This document shows, one piece after another, positions 20,668 to 31,277 of a stretch of 64,000 nt of DNA (the stretch's first letter is position 1; each line of letters opens with the position of its first letter). The stretch lies in contig CAVYSW010000010.1 in the NCBI GenBank assembly GCA_963771275.1, forward strand, positions 608,001 to 672,000. Direction: 5' to 3'. Under the pieces are notes generated by a model. That model had not been told where the DNA came from, did no database searches, and worked only from the letters and a program-made list of their open reading frames with translations. This DNA is from an uncultured Gemmatimonadales bacterium. GTDB taxonomy: Bacteria > Gemmatimonadota > Gemmatimonadetes > Gemmatimonadales > GWC2-71-9. A program made the translations under genes and the position numbers.

Positions 20668-21016
20668 CGAGATCCTCCGGGACGTCGATTTCCATTCTGA
20701 GCAGCGCCGTCGAGAACACCTTGCCCTGCGCGTCGGTCTTGAGCGAGAGGGTGCCGCCCCCGCCGAGCGCCCCGTGCAGCAGGAAATTGAGGGCCCTGAG
20801 GTTGGGAAGCTCGTAACGCTCCACCGGTCCCGTGATGACACCCTGAAAGTGACGCGTCACCGCCTCGACGGTCACGCGTGCCCGGAGCAGCGGATAGAGC
20901 TCGGGCCGGAGCGCGATCAGCCCCACGTTGGCCGTATCGCCTTTGTCGCCGCTCCGCGCATGCGCGAGGTAGCGCAGCTGAACCTTCCTGACCAACGCCC
21001 GCCGTTTGGCTCCCAT
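20657..21016 (-). CDS. AtuA C-terminal-like (ferredoxin-fold) small protein
   Basis: AHARSGDKGDTANVG, VERYELPNLRALNF, SLKTDAQGK. Confidence 0.85.
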   Translation of the reverse strand: MGAKRRALVRKVQLRYLAHARSGDKGDTANVGLIALRPELYPLLRARVTVEAVTRHFQGVITGPVERYELPNLRALNFLLHGALGGGGTLSLKTDAQGKVFSTALLRMEIDVPEDLDVG

Positions 21017-21063
21017 CCGCTCCCCTGTTCTCCTCCGCCCTGCCGCCTCTGCGGCTCCTGCCG

Positions 21064-22434
21064 CTACGCCTCTACGATCTCGACCCGTGCCGATACCTCC
21101 GACTTGGGCATCAACGCCGGCCAATACGCCACGATCTCCTCGACCTTGGGCCGCCCTCCCGCGAAACCCGTGACGCTGGGCGGTCCGTTGAGGATCAGCG
21201 GGGCGATCTCGCGCGTGAAGCGCTCGACCGGCGCCTTCTTGCGCGCGCGCACGCCAACGCGGAGCTGCACCTCCGGCAGGTCCGGATTCGGTGGTCCGGC
21301 GAGCCGCCCGTGGGTCGCTCCGGCCCCGACGAACTCGGTGAGCGTCTCTTCGAACGTGAGGCCAAGGCGGTCGAGCCGCTGGCGCAGGATCCGATCCGCC
21401 GCCCGCGCCTTTTCGTACGCGTCGGGCCAGGCGTAAACCAGCGTCCCCACGGCCTTGTAGCCGTAGAAATACGAGACCGAGACCTTGAGGAATGGGGTTG
21501 CCGGCCGCCCCGTGATCCCCGACACGCGGACGCGGTCGCGGCCCTGCTGCGCGAGCCGGATCGTCGTGAAATCCGCGATCACGTCGGGGGTGATGTAGCT
21601 CCTGGGGTCGCCCATCTCGTAGAGCAACTGCTCGGTGATCGACGCCACCGAGATCCGGCCACCCGTCCCCGGGTGCTTCGTCACCGTGAAGCGGCCATCC
21701 GGGGTCGCCTCGATGATCGGGTAGCCGGGATTCTCCATGTGCGGGATGTGGTCCCAGTCCACCAAGCAGTTGCCGCCGGAGCACTGCGCGCCGCACTCGA
21801 TGATGTGCCCGGCGACCGTCCCTGCCGCCAGGCGGTGCCAGTTGTCCGCCCGCCAGCCGAACGCGTGCATCATCGGCGCCAGGGTGAGCCCGGTGTCGGT
21901 GACGCGGCCGGTGATCACCACGGTGGCGCCCCGGTCCAGCGCCTCCACGATGGGCGCCGCGCCGAGGTAGGCGTTGGCGGACAGCACGCGGTCCCGCACC
22001 GTGCTGAGGGGCTCGCCCGTTTCCATGTTCGCGAGCGGATGGCCCCGCGCCGCGAGCTCGTCCAGGCGGTCGAGCAGGTCGTCGCCGGTGACGATGCCGA
22101 CACGGACCCGACCGTCGAGACCGCGACGCCGCGCCGCTTCGAGCAGCGCGTCGGCGCAGGCGCGGGGGTTCACGCCTCCGGCGTTGGCCGTGACCCGCAC
22201 GCCGTGCTCCACGAGATCCGGCAGCAGGCGCTCCATCAGGGGCACGAAGTCCTTGGCGTATCCCAGCGAGGGGTCCCGCGAGCGCTGCTTCTGCATGATG
22301 GACATCGTGACTTCGGCGAGGTAGTCCATCATGAGGAAGTCGATTGGCCCGCCGGCAACCTGCCGGGCGGGAGCCTCGAGCCAGTCGCCCCAGAACCCCT
22401 GACCGGACGCAATGCGAATCGGGCCGTGCGTCAT
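21064..22434 (-). CDS. atuA: Acyclic terpene utilization AtuA family protein (alternative GTG start 22452)
   Basis: [59 protein letters not shown]. Confidence 0.9.
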   Translation of the reverse strand: MTHGPIRIASGQGFWGDWLEAPARQVAGGPIDFLMMDYLAEVTMSIMQKQRSRDPSLGYAKDFVPLMERLLPDLVEHGVRVTANAGGVNPRACADALLEAARRRGLDGRVRVGIVTGDDLLDRLDELAARGHPLANMETGEPLSTVRDRVLSANAYLGAAPIVEALDRGATVVITGRVTDTGLTLAPMMHAFGWRADNWHRLAAGTVAGHIIECGAQCSGGNCLVDWDHIPHMENPGYPIIEATPDGRFTVTKHPGTGGRISVASITEQLLYEMGDPRSYITPDVIADFTTIRLAQQGRDRVRVSGITGRPATPFLKVSVSYFYGYKAVGTLVYAWPDAYEKARAADRILRQRLDRLGLTFEETLTEFVGAGATHGRLAGPPNPDLPEVQLRVGVRARKKAPVERFTREIAPLILNGPPSVTGFAGGRPKVEEIVAYWPALMPKSEVSARVEIVEA

Positions 22435-22448
22435 CCGTCCGCCGTCGC

Positions 22449-25271
22449 TCACCGCGTGTCGCCCGCGGACATGGTGGAGGATGGCAGGATCACGCGGTAG
22501 GCGGTGGTGGGCCGGTCGTCGGCGCGGAGGAGGATCTCGACGAACGGGTCGAACCCCTCGGCCCCCGCGGACGCTGGCATGTGCCAGGCAACCGGAACCG
22601 TGGTGTGTGCCGGCATCGTGACGTCGGCTTCGGCGAACGGCAGGGGATCCTCCCGCAGGAACGCCACGGTGACCGTGGCGCTCCACGGCGTCGTGTCGTG
22701 CGGGAAGGTGAAGGCGGGCAGCAGCTCGAGCTCGATCCGGCGCGGCGTGAGCGAGTCGAGGGAGACATAGTGCCGGCCGGCGCTGTGATCCAGCGGCATC
22801 TCGGCGACGAGCGCCCCCGCCGAATCCCACAGCGAGACGGCGAAGTCCGTGATGTGGGACCACACCGCGTGATCCACCCGAACGTCCACCATGAGCCTGA
22901 CCGCCCACTCGGGAACCCGGAGCGGGACCGTGCGCCGTACAGTGCCCCGGCCGGCGACGACCTCGCGCTTGGCCGTCCCGATGAGGCGGGCCCGGACGGA
23001 CGCGCTCGCCGGGTCTGCCGAGGTGTTGGCTAGCGTGACGCCGTCCGGCGCCGCGGCGACGCGAACGGGCGCGAGCGCTGCCGCGAGCTCGACCGTCGTT
23101 GCCTCATTGGGCGGCGCGATCGCGACCGCCTCGTACACGCCTGCCAGGAGATCGTCCTGACGCACGGTGAGCCGCGCCGTGTCTCCGAGCTCCCCGCCCA
23201 CCTCCGCGGAGGGGCTCTCGACGAGCGGGCGCCCGGAGGGCTCGAACAGGAAGAGGCTGGCGCGCTGATCGGGATCTGCGATGCGTGCCTCGACCGAGAG
23301 GCCGCCCGCCCCCGAGGGGACCCGGAAGAAGAACCGGGCCATCTGGCCGGCCTTGAGGTGCTGGCGCGCCGTGAACGGCTGGTCGAGCGTGTACGGCACG
23401 ACCACCGCGTTCGTGAGTCCCAAGACGGCGCCCCCCAGCGTGTCGCTCGCCGGACGCGCCCACACGGTGCCGACGTACAGTCCCGGCACCTGGAGAGCGG
23501 CGGCGGCGTAGGTCAGCTGGACGGTCACCGGCCCGGGGCCGAGGTCTATGGCGTCCGGGGTGTGGAGCCACGGGGCGTCCGACCGGAGCAGCAAGCGCGG
23601 CGCGGGTGGGCTTCCCACGGGTGCGATGCTGAACCGTTGCACGGTGTCGCCCGTGGACGCGAGGCCGTCCCGCCGGTAGGCCGCGGTGGCCCACGGGGTG
23701 TCGGTGCCGCTGTGCAGCGCCCGCACGGCGAACCGGCCGCCGCGATGCCCGGCTTTGAGCCAGCGCCACGCGGCCGCCACGTTGGGCACCCCCGCGCCCT
23801 CGTCGAGCGTGGTGGCGCCGGGGATCGGGCGGGCCGTGGCCTTCAGCGCTGCCGTCACGTCGGCCGATGACGCGGGACGCCCGCCCCCGGCGATCGCCGC
23901 GGACTGGAGCAACGCCGCCGCGCCGCTGAGCTGTGGGGCGGCCATGCTCGTCCCGCCGGCGACCTCCTCCCCCTCGTCCCACGGTGGGACGTTGGAGAAC
24001 GCGACGCCCGGGACGCACAGGTCGGGCTTCTGCACGCTGCCGCCGCGGCTGCTCCACCAGCCGAGCACGTCGTCCGGCGAGCGCCCGCCGGCCTGCGGCG
24101 GCTTGGCGAACACCCCGGGGAACAGCGCGCAGGCGGAGAGCGCGAAGTCGGCGGATCCGGGGAAGCCGATCGTGGAGATGCCCGGCCCATCGTTGCCGGC
24201 GCTGATCACGATCGTGACGCCGGGGTGCTCGACCGCATAGGCGTCGAGCACCGAGTCGATCAGGGCACGTCCGGCGGCGGCGTCGTTCCCCACGCCGTAG
24301 CTTAAGTTCAGCACCAACGGCATGCCGCCCCGCGCTGCGTAGTCGGCGGCGTAGGCGATCGCGCGGACCATCGAGCCCGTCACCGACACGCCGCCCCGGG
24401 CGTTGTTCGCGATCTTGAGACCGAGGAGCTGCGCGCCGGGCGCGATCCCGTCGAACCCGGCGACCCCGAACAGGTCGTGGCCGGCCGCGATGCCGGCGAC
24501 GTGCGAGCCGTGCCCCGACGTGTCGAAGAAGAGATCGAGCGTCGGGCGCGCGGCGACACTGCCGAAGTTCGCCGCGAGGGTGAGCGGCCCGAACGCGAAC
24601 GTCTCCGCCGCGGTCGCGTAGTCCCGGATCGGGACCTCGTCGGTGAGCGACCCGTCGCCGTCGGTATCGGCCATCACGAACCAGCCGTCACTCGCCCGTG
24701 CCACCACGAGCGGCAGGCGATCCCGCGCGTCGCCGTCCCCGTTGACGTCGGCGGCCGGGGGCGCGCCCAGGCTCGCCTCGTCGAGCGTCCCCCCGTAGTA
24801 CGGCGGCAGCGCCAGCCGCACAACGCGCCCGAACCCGCCGAGTCGTCGGCCTTCCACCGTCACCGCATCCCCGTCGGCGGTGATGGGCGTGAGCGCGATG
24901 CGTCCCTCCCCGGAGAAATCCCGGAGATCCGCGAGCTTGCGGTCGCCGGTCGTGGTGCGCCGCAGTCCGGGAAGTCCGGCGTCGATGCCGCTGTCGAGGA
25001 TCGCGATCAGCACGCCCCGGCCGTCGAACTCGGCGTTGGCCGCGAGAAACTGCTCGGCCCCGGTCACCCGGCGCGGCAGCAGGCCCAGGAGCATCGCGGC
25101 CTGGGGCGGGAGCACGGGTTTCCCGGGCACCGGGAGGGCCACGGCGCTCTCGTCGACGGCGACGGGTGCGGGCCCCGCTTGCCAGGGCGCGGGCGTGCGG
25201 GAGGCGCACGCGGCCGCGACGCACAGACTCCCCGCCGCGACCACCAGACCGCGGGGGGGGCGTGGGCTCAC
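22449..25271 (-). CDS. S8 serine peptidase, tripeptidyl-peptidase II-like, probable lipoprotein
   Basis: [15 protein letters not shown] (Asp), [11 protein letters not shown] (His), [15 protein letters not shown] (Ser); lipobox-like VAAAC; GTGA overlap. Confidence 0.88.
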   Translation of the reverse strand: MSPRPPRGLVVAAGSLCVAAACASRTPAPWQAGPAPVAVDESAVALPVPGKPVLPPQAAMLLGLLPRRVTGAEQFLAANAEFDGRGVLIAILDSGIDAGLPGLRRTTTGDRKLADLRDFSGEGRIALTPITADGDAVTVEGRRLGGFGRVVRLALPPYYGGTLDEASLGAPPAADVNGDGDARDRLPLVVARASDGWFVMADTDGDGSLTDEVPIRDYATAAETFAFGPLTLAANFGSVAARPTLDLFFDTSGHGSHVAGIAAGHDLFGVAGFDGIAPGAQLLGLKIANNARGGVSVTGSMVRAIAYAADYAARGGMPLVLNLSYGVGNDAAAGRALIDSVLDAYAVEHPGVTIVISAGNDGPGISTIGFPGSADFALSACALFPGVFAKPPQAGGRSPDDVLGWWSSRGGSVQKPDLCVPGVAFSNVPPWDEGEEVAGGTSMAAPQLSGAAALLQSAAIAGGGRPASSADVTAALKATARPIPGATTLDEGAGVPNVAAAWRWLKAGHRGGRFAVRALHSGTDTPWATAAYRRDGLASTGDTVQRFSIAPVGSPPAPRLLLRSDAPWLHTPDAIDLGPGPVTVQLTYAAAALQVPGLYVGTVWARPASDTLGGAVLGLTNAVVVPYTLDQPFTARQHLKAGQMARFFFRVPSGAGGLSVEARIADPDQRASLFLFEPSGRPLVESPSAEVGGELGDTARLTVRQDDLLAGVYEAVAIAPPNEATTVELAAALAPVRVAAAPDGVTLANTSADPASASVRARLIGTAKREVVAGRGTVRRTVPLRVPEWAVRLMVDVRVDHAVWSHITDFAVSLWDSAGALVAEMPLDHSAGRHYVSLDSLTPRRIELELLPAFTFPHDTTPWSATVTVAFLREDPLPFAEADVTMPAHTTVPVAWHMPASAGAEGFDPFVEILLRADDRPTTAYRVILPSSTMSAGDTR

Positions 25272-26884
25272 GGACCGGTCTCGGGGATGGTAAACGCGCC
25301 CAGGTGTGGGCCGCCGTAGGAGCTGCAGGCCCGCAGCGTGAGCGCGAGCATGTCCCGGGTCTCCTCCGGCAGCAGGATGGCGTCCACGAAGCCGCGCGCG
25401 CCGGCGAACTTGGCATCGAGTTGGTGCTCGTAGTCGGCGCGCATCCGCTCGACCGCCTCCTCGGACTGCTTGTCGTTCACCTTCGCGCCGAACACGGCCT
25501 GCACCGCCGACTCGCCCTCCATGACCCCCATCCGACCGGTCGGCCACGAGAGCAGGAAATCGGGATCGAAGCCCTGCCCGGCCATCGCGTAGTAGCCGGC
25601 GCCGGAGGCGTGGTTCACGGTGAGGACGATCTTCGGCACCACCGTCGTCGCCATCGCTTCCACAAAGCGTGCGCCCGCGCGAATGATGCCGGAGTGCTCG
25701 GCCTCGGGGCCGACCATGAACCCGCTCACGTCCTGGACGAACAGGATCGGGAAGCGCTCGCGGCTCGCGTTCTCGATGAAGTAGGCGACCTTCTCCGCGC
25801 TCTCCGTGTAGACGATGCCGCCAAACCGCGGCCGCTCACCGGCCCGGGCCTTGATGATGCCCCGCTGGTTCGCAATGACGGCCAGCGGGTATCCCTTGAT
25901 CGCGCCGTGGCCGCAGATCATCTCCGCGGCGATGTCCGGCTGGAACTCGTCGAGCGCCCCGTCGTCGAGCAGGCAGGCCAGAAGCTTGCGCGCGTCGTAC
26001 GCCATGCGATGGTCGTGCGGCAGGATCTCGTACAGCGCGGTCGCGGGCTGGCCGGCGGGTCGGGTGGCGTCGCCGCGGCGCGGCGCGAGGCCACACGCCG
26101 GCGTGGGCAGGCGGGCGACATACTCCCGAATGCGCGCGAGGCAGGCGGGGTCGTCCTTCGCGCGGTAGTGCGCGACGGCGCTGATCGCGGTGTGGGTCAC
26201 GGCGCCGCCCAGCTGCTCGCCGTCGACGGTCTGTCCCGTCGCGCCCTTCACGAGATTGACGCCGCCCAGCCCCATGAACGACGTGCCCTCGACCATGTAG
26301 ATCACGTCGGACAGCGCGGGCAGATAGGCGCCGCCCGCCACGCACGGGCCCATCACGGCGCTGATCTGCGGCACGTGGAGGTAGCGACGCATGATCGAGT
26401 TGTAGTAGAAGATCCGCGCCGCGCCGTACTGGCCCGGAAACACGCCGCCCTGGTAGGGCAGGTTCACGCCGGCGGAGTCCACCAGGTAGATGATCGGGAT
26501 GCGCTGCCGCATCGCGATCTCCTGGGCGCGGAGGATCTTCTTGATGGTCTCCGGCCACCACGACCCGGCCTTCACGGTCGCGTCGTTGGCCACGACGACG
26601 ACGTCGCGGCCGCTCACGACTCCGAGGCCGGTAACCACGCCGGCGCCCGGCGCCTGCCCGTCGTACTGGTCGTACGCCACCAGCAGTCCGACCTCGAGCC
26701 ACGGTGTGTCGGGATCGCGCAGCCGCGCGACGCGCTCCCGCGCCGTCAGCTTTCCCTGATCGTGCTGTTTCTTGATCTTGTCGTCCCCGCCGCCGCGCTC
26801 CAGCCGGGCGGCCAGCGCGCGGTACTCGTCCGCCAGCGCGCGCAGCCTGCTCCGTGAGCCGGAGCCCTTGGGGGCGTCGCTCAC
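25268..26884 (-). CDS. Acyl-CoA carboxylase carboxyltransferase (beta) subunit
   Basis: [55 protein letters not shown]. Confidence 0.93.
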   Translation of the reverse strand: MSDAPKGSGSRSRLRALADEYRALAARLERGGGDDKIKKQHDQGKLTARERVARLRDPDTPWLEVGLLVAYDQYDGQAPGAGVVTGLGVVSGRDVVVVANDATVKAGSWWPETIKKILRAQEIAMRQRIPIIYLVDSAGVNLPYQGGVFPGQYGAARIFYYNSIMRRYLHVPQISAVMGPCVAGGAYLPALSDVIYMVEGTSFMGLGGVNLVKGATGQTVDGEQLGGAVTHTAISAVAHYRAKDDPACLARIREYVARLPTPACGLAPRRGDATRPAGQPATALYEILPHDHRMAYDARKLLACLLDDGALDEFQPDIAAEMICGHGAIKGYPLAVIANQRGIIKARAGERPRFGGIVYTESAEKVAYFIENASRERFPILFVQDVSGFMVGPEAEHSGIIRAGARFVEAMATTVVPKIVLTVNHASGAGYYAMAGQGFDPDFLLSWPTGRMGVMEGESAVQAVFGAKVNDKQSEEAVERMRADYEHQLDAKFAGARGFVDAILLPEETRDMLALTLRACSSYGGPHLGAFTIPETGP

Positions 26885-27300
26885 GAGTCGCGTCGCTGGA
26901 CGGCCGTGCGGATGAAGCCGATGATCTCGGCGGTCGGCGTGCCCGGCCCGAACAGCTTGGCGACGCCCTGCCCCTCGAGCACGACGGCGTCCTCCTGGGG
27001 AATGATGCCACCGCCCAGCAGGACCACATCCCCGCGGCCCGCGTCGTTCAGCAGGCGGCGGACGCGCGGAAACAGCGTCATGTGGGCCCCGGAGAGGATC
27101 GAGAGTCCCACCACATCCACGTCTTCCTGCACCGCGGCGTTGGTGATCATCTCCGGGGTCTGATGCAGCCCGGTGTAGATGACCTCCATTCCGGCGTCCC
27201 GCAGGGCGGCCGCGACGACCTTGGCTCCGCGATCATGCCCGTCCAGGCCGGGCTTGGCCACCAGCACGCGGATCGGGCGCTTGGGCTCGGCAGTGGTCAT
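26881..27300 (-). CDS. Cobalamin-binding small subunit of an acyl-CoA mutase (IcmB/MCM C-terminal type)
   Basis: [12 protein letters not shown] (DxHxxG), [14 protein letters not shown]. Confidence 0.95.
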   Translation of the reverse strand: MTTAEPKRPIRVLVAKPGLDGHDRGAKVVAAALRDAGMEVIYTGLHQTPEMITNAAVQEDVDVVGLSILSGAHMTLFPRVRRLLNDAGRGDVVLLGGGIIPQEDAVVLEGQGVAKLFGPGTPTAEIIGFIRTAVQRRDS

Positions 27301-27309
27301 GGTGGGGGC

Positions 27310-27338
27310 AACCTAGTGTTGGCGTACATGCGGCACAA
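27310..27338 (-). promoter_or_regulatory. Candidate internal promoter for the B12-binding subunit and downstream genes
   Basis: TTGTGC (27338-27333), 17 bp spacer, TAGGTT (27315-27310); 9 nt upstream of the ATG. Confidence 0.5.
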
Positions 27339-27342
27339 GCGA

Positions 27343-28590
27343 TCAGGCGAGCTTGAACCGCAGCAGCGCGGCCATGCCGTCCACCTGCCGCCGCGCGGCG
27401 GCATCCTCCACGACATCGACGTGCGCGCTCTGGCGCAGGGCGTCCTCGATGGCCTCGTCCACGACGTCCGGAACGGGGACCGTGTCGTCGCGCCCGGCGC
27501 AGGCGTCCGGTGAGATGCTCAGCCGTCCGCCCGCGCCGCAGCGGAACCCGGGGCGCTCGACGGACGGGTCGACCAGCAGGGTGCGCACCTGGCCGCGTCC
27601 CAGCGCCTCGAGCGTCGGCTCCAGGCCGTTGACCGCCCAGCCCTCGCCGCGGCCTTCCACCAGCTCGCGTACGTGACGCTGCTCCCAGGCGCGCTCCTGC
27701 TCCCGCCGGATGTCGAGCACCGCCTGCAGCACATCGTTGGCCGACGCGCTCTTGGGGTTGAGCCGCACCGTGCCGAGCACCGATTCGCGCACGTACGGGT
27801 GCAGGTGGGGCCCGACCGCCCCCACGTCCGCGCCCATCCCGGCCAGCACGATGCCCTGCACCGGCAGGTCGCGGGTCACCTCGAACAGCCGCTGCGCGAT
27901 CTGCGCGTAGTGGCGCTGCTTCTCTTCCCGGATCCGCTGGTTGAATCCGTGCTCGCCCGGCGCGGACGCACCGACTCCCCGTCCGTGCGGCCGGCTGGGA
28001 CGGCTGGGACCGTGAAACCGACCGGCCCGCGTCGTCTCCCCCGCGGAGAGGCTGGGCAGCTCCGCCGCGCCGGCAGGCGTCACTTCGAAGAAGCGCGCGC
28101 TGGTGCGGTCGTAGGCGACGCACAGCATCCGGCCGAACTCGTCGTTCAGCGCCGCCAGCTCGCGGACCAGCGGGGTGTGATCGACGACGAGCCGCGAGCG
28201 AAACACCACCGGCAGGGGAATCGGCTCGAACAGCTTGAGCGGCTCGCAGGCGAACACCGCGATACCGCGGCCCGCCGGGAGGTTCGACGGATGGGCCAGG
28301 TAGTCGCGGATCCGCTCCAGATCCCGCCCGACCGCGAGCCGGGCGGCTCGTCCGAGGCCCCGCGCCTCGAGCCCGGCCGTCAGCGCCTTGATCCGGTTCT
28401 TCAGCTTGATCAGGTACTTCCCGTGACCCCGATCCCGCGGCTCCAGCTTGAGGTAACAGGACACGACGCCGTGCTCGGTCGCGCCGAGCGCCGTGAGGCG
28501 CTCGATCAGCGGAGTGAGGGTGGCGGCCTGCGTCCCCGGATGGTCGGCCCCCGAGGTACGCCTAGAAGAAGACCGGTTCGCGATAGGCAC
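27343..28590 (-). CDS. Bacterial archaeo-eukaryotic release factor-like protein (baeRF, family 10-like)
   Basis: VSCYL, GIAVFAC, PLVREL, AYDRTSARFF, eRF1 domain-3-like end (AVNGLEPTLEALGRGQVRTLLV...GMAALLRF); GTG at 28590 preceded by GAGGAGGT. Confidence 0.8.
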   Translation of the reverse strand: MPIANRSSSRRTSGADHPGTQAATLTPLIERLTALGATEHGVVSCYLKLEPRDRGHGKYLIKLKNRIKALTAGLEARGLGRAARLAVGRDLERIRDYLAHPSNLPAGRGIAVFACEPLKLFEPIPLPVVFRSRLVVDHTPLVRELAALNDEFGRMLCVAYDRTSARFFEVTPAGAAELPSLSAGETTRAGRFHGPSRPSRPHGRGVGASAPGEHGFNQRIREEKQRHYAQIAQRLFEVTRDLPVQGIVLAGMGADVGAVGPHLHPYVRESVLGTVRLNPKSASANDVLQAVLDIRREQERAWEQRHVRELVEGRGEGWAVNGLEPTLEALGRGQVRTLLVDPSVERPGFRCGAGGRLSISPDACAGRDDTVPVPDVVDEAIEDALRQSAHVDVVEDAAARRQVDGMAALLRFKLA

Positions 28591-30205
28591 CGTACACCTC
28601 CTCCAACGCGTGCCGAATCTCGTACAGCGTGCAGTACGCACGTGCGCAATCCAGCATCGCGGGAATCACGTTGTCGTCACGCGCGGCGGCGGCCCGCAGC
28701 TCCGTCAGGCAGCGCCGCGCGCGCTCGTTGTCTCGCCGCGCCCGCAACTCGCCAAGGCGCCGGCGTTGCTGCTCGTCCACCGAGCTCCCGATCCGCAGAA
28801 TCTCGACCGGCGCCTCGTCCTCGGTCACGAACTCGTTCACGCCGACGACGATGCGCCGCTTCTGCTCCACCTCGTGCTGAAAGCGTCGCGCGCTCTGGGC
28901 GATCTGCTGCTGGAACCAGCCCGTCTCGATCCCGCGTGGGACGCCGCCGAGCTTTTCGATCTCGCGGAACAACCCCTCCGCCTCCGCCTCCATCCGATCC
29001 GTCAGGGCCTCGACGAAATACGCTCCGCCGAGCGGGTCGATCACGTTGGGGACGCCGGTCTCGTGCGCCAGGATCTGTTGCGTCCGCAGGGCCAGCCGCG
29101 CGGCGTCTTCCGTAGGGAGGGCGTACGTCTCATCGAGCGAATTGGTATGGAGCGACTGGGCACCGGCGAGCACTGCGGCGAGCGCCTGGTATGCGGTGCG
29201 GACCACGTTGTTCATCGGCTGCTGCGCGGTGAGCGAAACCCCGGCCGTCTGGCAGTGGAACCGCATGATCATCGTGCGGGCGTCGGTCGCGCCGTACCGG
29301 TCGCGCAGGTGGCGCGCCCAGATCCGGCGGGCGGCGCGCATCTTGGCGACCTCCTCGAACAGGTCGTTGTGCACGTCCCAGAAGAACGACAGGCGCGGCG
29401 CGAACCGGTCGAGGCCGAGTCCGCGCGCGAGGCCACGCTCGACGTACTCGAACCCGTTGGCGAGGGTGAACGCGAGCTCCTGCGCCGCCGTCGCTCCCGC
29501 CTCGCGAATGTGGTAGCCGCTGATCGAGATCGTGTTCCACAGCGGGGTGTGCTCCGAGCCCCACTCGAACATATCCACGATGATCTTGAGCGCCGGCTCG
29601 ACCGGGTAGACCCAGGCGTGCTGCGCCATGTACTCCTTGAGAATGTCGTTCTGCACAGTGCCGCGGAGCGCGCGGATGTCCACCCCCTGGCGCTCCGCCG
29701 CGGCGACGTAGAAGCAGAACAGCATGGCCGCCGGGCCGTTGATCGTCATCGACGTGGAGACCTGGTCCATCGGGATGCCGTCGAACAGCGCCTCCATGTC
29801 GGCGAGCGATGAGATCGCCACGCCGCACATCCCGACCTCCCCTTCCGCGCGGGGGTGGTCGGAGTCGTACCCCATCAGCGTCGGGAAGTCGAACGCGGTC
29901 GAGAGCCCGGTCTGACCGTGGGCCAGCAGGAACTTGAACCGCTGGTTGGTATCCTCGGCGGTGCCGAACCCGGCGAACTGCCGCATCGTCCAGAGCTTCC
30001 CGCGGTACATCGTGGGGTGGACCCCCCGCGTGAACGGGAAGGCTCCCGGATCGCCGAGCCGCTCGGCGTAGCTTCGGTGCGCGAGGTCTTCCGGCACATA
30101 GAGCGGCTCGACGGGTGCCGAGCTCTGGGTGATGAACTCGCCCTCCCGCTTGGGCGCCGCCTCGTACGCCTCCCGCCACTGGCGATGGTTGTCACGGCCG
30201 TCCAT
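28562..30205 (-). CDS. icmA: Acyl-CoA mutase large subunit, probable isobutyryl-CoA mutase IcmA
   Basis: PFTRGVHPTMY, WTMRQFAGFG (Phe), QNDILKEYMAQ (Gln), ISGYHIREAG, QSLHTN; no fused B12 domain. Confidence 0.85.
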   Translation of the reverse strand: MDGRDNHRQWREAYEAAPKREGEFITQSSAPVEPLYVPEDLAHRSYAERLGDPGAFPFTRGVHPTMYRGKLWTMRQFAGFGTAEDTNQRFKFLLAHGQTGLSTAFDFPTLMGYDSDHPRAEGEVGMCGVAISSLADMEALFDGIPMDQVSTSMTINGPAAMLFCFYVAAAERQGVDIRALRGTVQNDILKEYMAQHAWVYPVEPALKIIVDMFEWGSEHTPLWNTISISGYHIREAGATAAQELAFTLANGFEYVERGLARGLGLDRFAPRLSFFWDVHNDLFEEVAKMRAARRIWARHLRDRYGATDARTMIMRFHCQTAGVSLTAQQPMNNVVRTAYQALAAVLAGAQSLHTNSLDETYALPTEDAARLALRTQQILAHETGVPNVIDPLGGAYFVEALTDRMEAEAEGLFREIEKLGGVPRGIETGWFQQQIAQSARRFQHEVEQKRRIVVGVNEFVTEDEAPVEILRIGSSVDEQQRRRLGELRARRDNERARRCLTELRAAAARDDNVIPAMLDCARAYCTLYEIRHALEEVYGAYREPVFF

Positions 30206-31235
30206 CGTGCATCTCCCTTCTGACTCCCGCCAGAATGCGGTGTGCCAGCTCGTACGGGTTCACGCGGTCATGCGCAGCGGCGGCCAGCCCGGACCGCAAC
30301 CTCTCCTCCCCGCCCCCTTCCTCCCATACCAACTGGCGCAGGCGGCGATCCACGACCTCGCGGGTGTGGCGCGCGAGCCGGTCGCGGCGCCGCCGGGCGA
30401 GCTCCCCGCTGGCGCCGAGATACGCCGCGTGCCGCTCGATCGCCTCGACCAGCTCCGGCACGCCCTCGTCCCGCAGCGCGGACAGGGCGAGGGCCGGCGG
30501 CTCCCAGTCCGGGGGCGCCGCGGGGCCGGACGTCGGCGCAGGCGGCGCGGCCTCGGGTCGGTGGTGGGGGGCGACGTGCCGGAAGGCGTTGCCACGGCGG
30601 ATCCCCAGCATCACTTCGATCTCGTTGCGCAGCCGGTCGGCGCCGGGGCGATCCGCCTTGTTGATCGCGTAGATGTCGGCGATCTCCATCACGCCGGCTT
30701 TCAGAACCTGCACCCCGTCGCCCGACTCCGGCACCAGCACGAGCACCGCCGTGTCCGCCGTGGCGGCGATCGTGAGCTCTGACTGGCCGACCCCCACCGT
30801 TTCGATGATGATGCGATCGAACCCGAAGGCGTCGAGCACGTCGCACACTTCGCGCGTCGTCGTGGCCAGGCCTCCCAGCTCCCCGCGTGTCGCCATGGAC
30901 CGGATGTAGACGTCCGCATCGAGCGACGCCGACTCCATCCGGATCCGGTCGCCCAGCAGCGCCCCACCCGTAAACGGGCTCGTCGGATCCACCGCCACCA
31001 CCCCCACGGTCCGGCCGCGCGCGCGATAGGCGTGGATCAGGCGCTCCGCAAGGGTGGACTTGCCGGCCCCCGGCGGCCCGGTCAGCCCCACCCGGTGCGC
31101 CCGCCCCACCTGGGGGTGCAGCGCCGACAGCAGGTCCTCATACCCCGGCCGGCCGTTCTCGACCATCGAGACGGCGCGGGCGAGCGCCGGAATCTGGCGC
31201 GCCGCGATCCCGGCGAGCAGGTCAGCCGCTGGCAT
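30192..31235 (-). CDS. meaB: Acyl-CoA mutase-associated GTPase chaperone
   Basis: TGPPGAGKST, AVDPTSPFTGGALLGDRIRM, ETVGVGQSE, INKAD. Confidence 0.95.
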   Translation of the reverse strand: MPAADLLAGIAARQIPALARAVSMVENGRPGYEDLLSALHPQVGRAHRVGLTGPPGAGKSTLAERLIHAYRARGRTVGVVAVDPTSPFTGGALLGDRIRMESASLDADVYIRSMATRGELGGLATTTREVCDVLDAFGFDRIIIETVGVGQSELTIAATADTAVLVLVPESGDGVQVLKAGVMEIADIYAINKADRPGADRLRNEIEVMLGIRRGNAFRHVAPHHRPEAAPPAPTSGPAAPPDWEPPALALSALRDEGVPELVEAIERHAAYLGASGELARRRRDRLARHTREVVDRRLRQLVWEEGGGEERLRSGLAAAAHDRVNPYELAHRILAGVRREMHDGRP

Positions 31236-31277
31236 ACCGGAAGCTCACGGGCGCCATCGGCTTCTCGCAAGCGCGGC

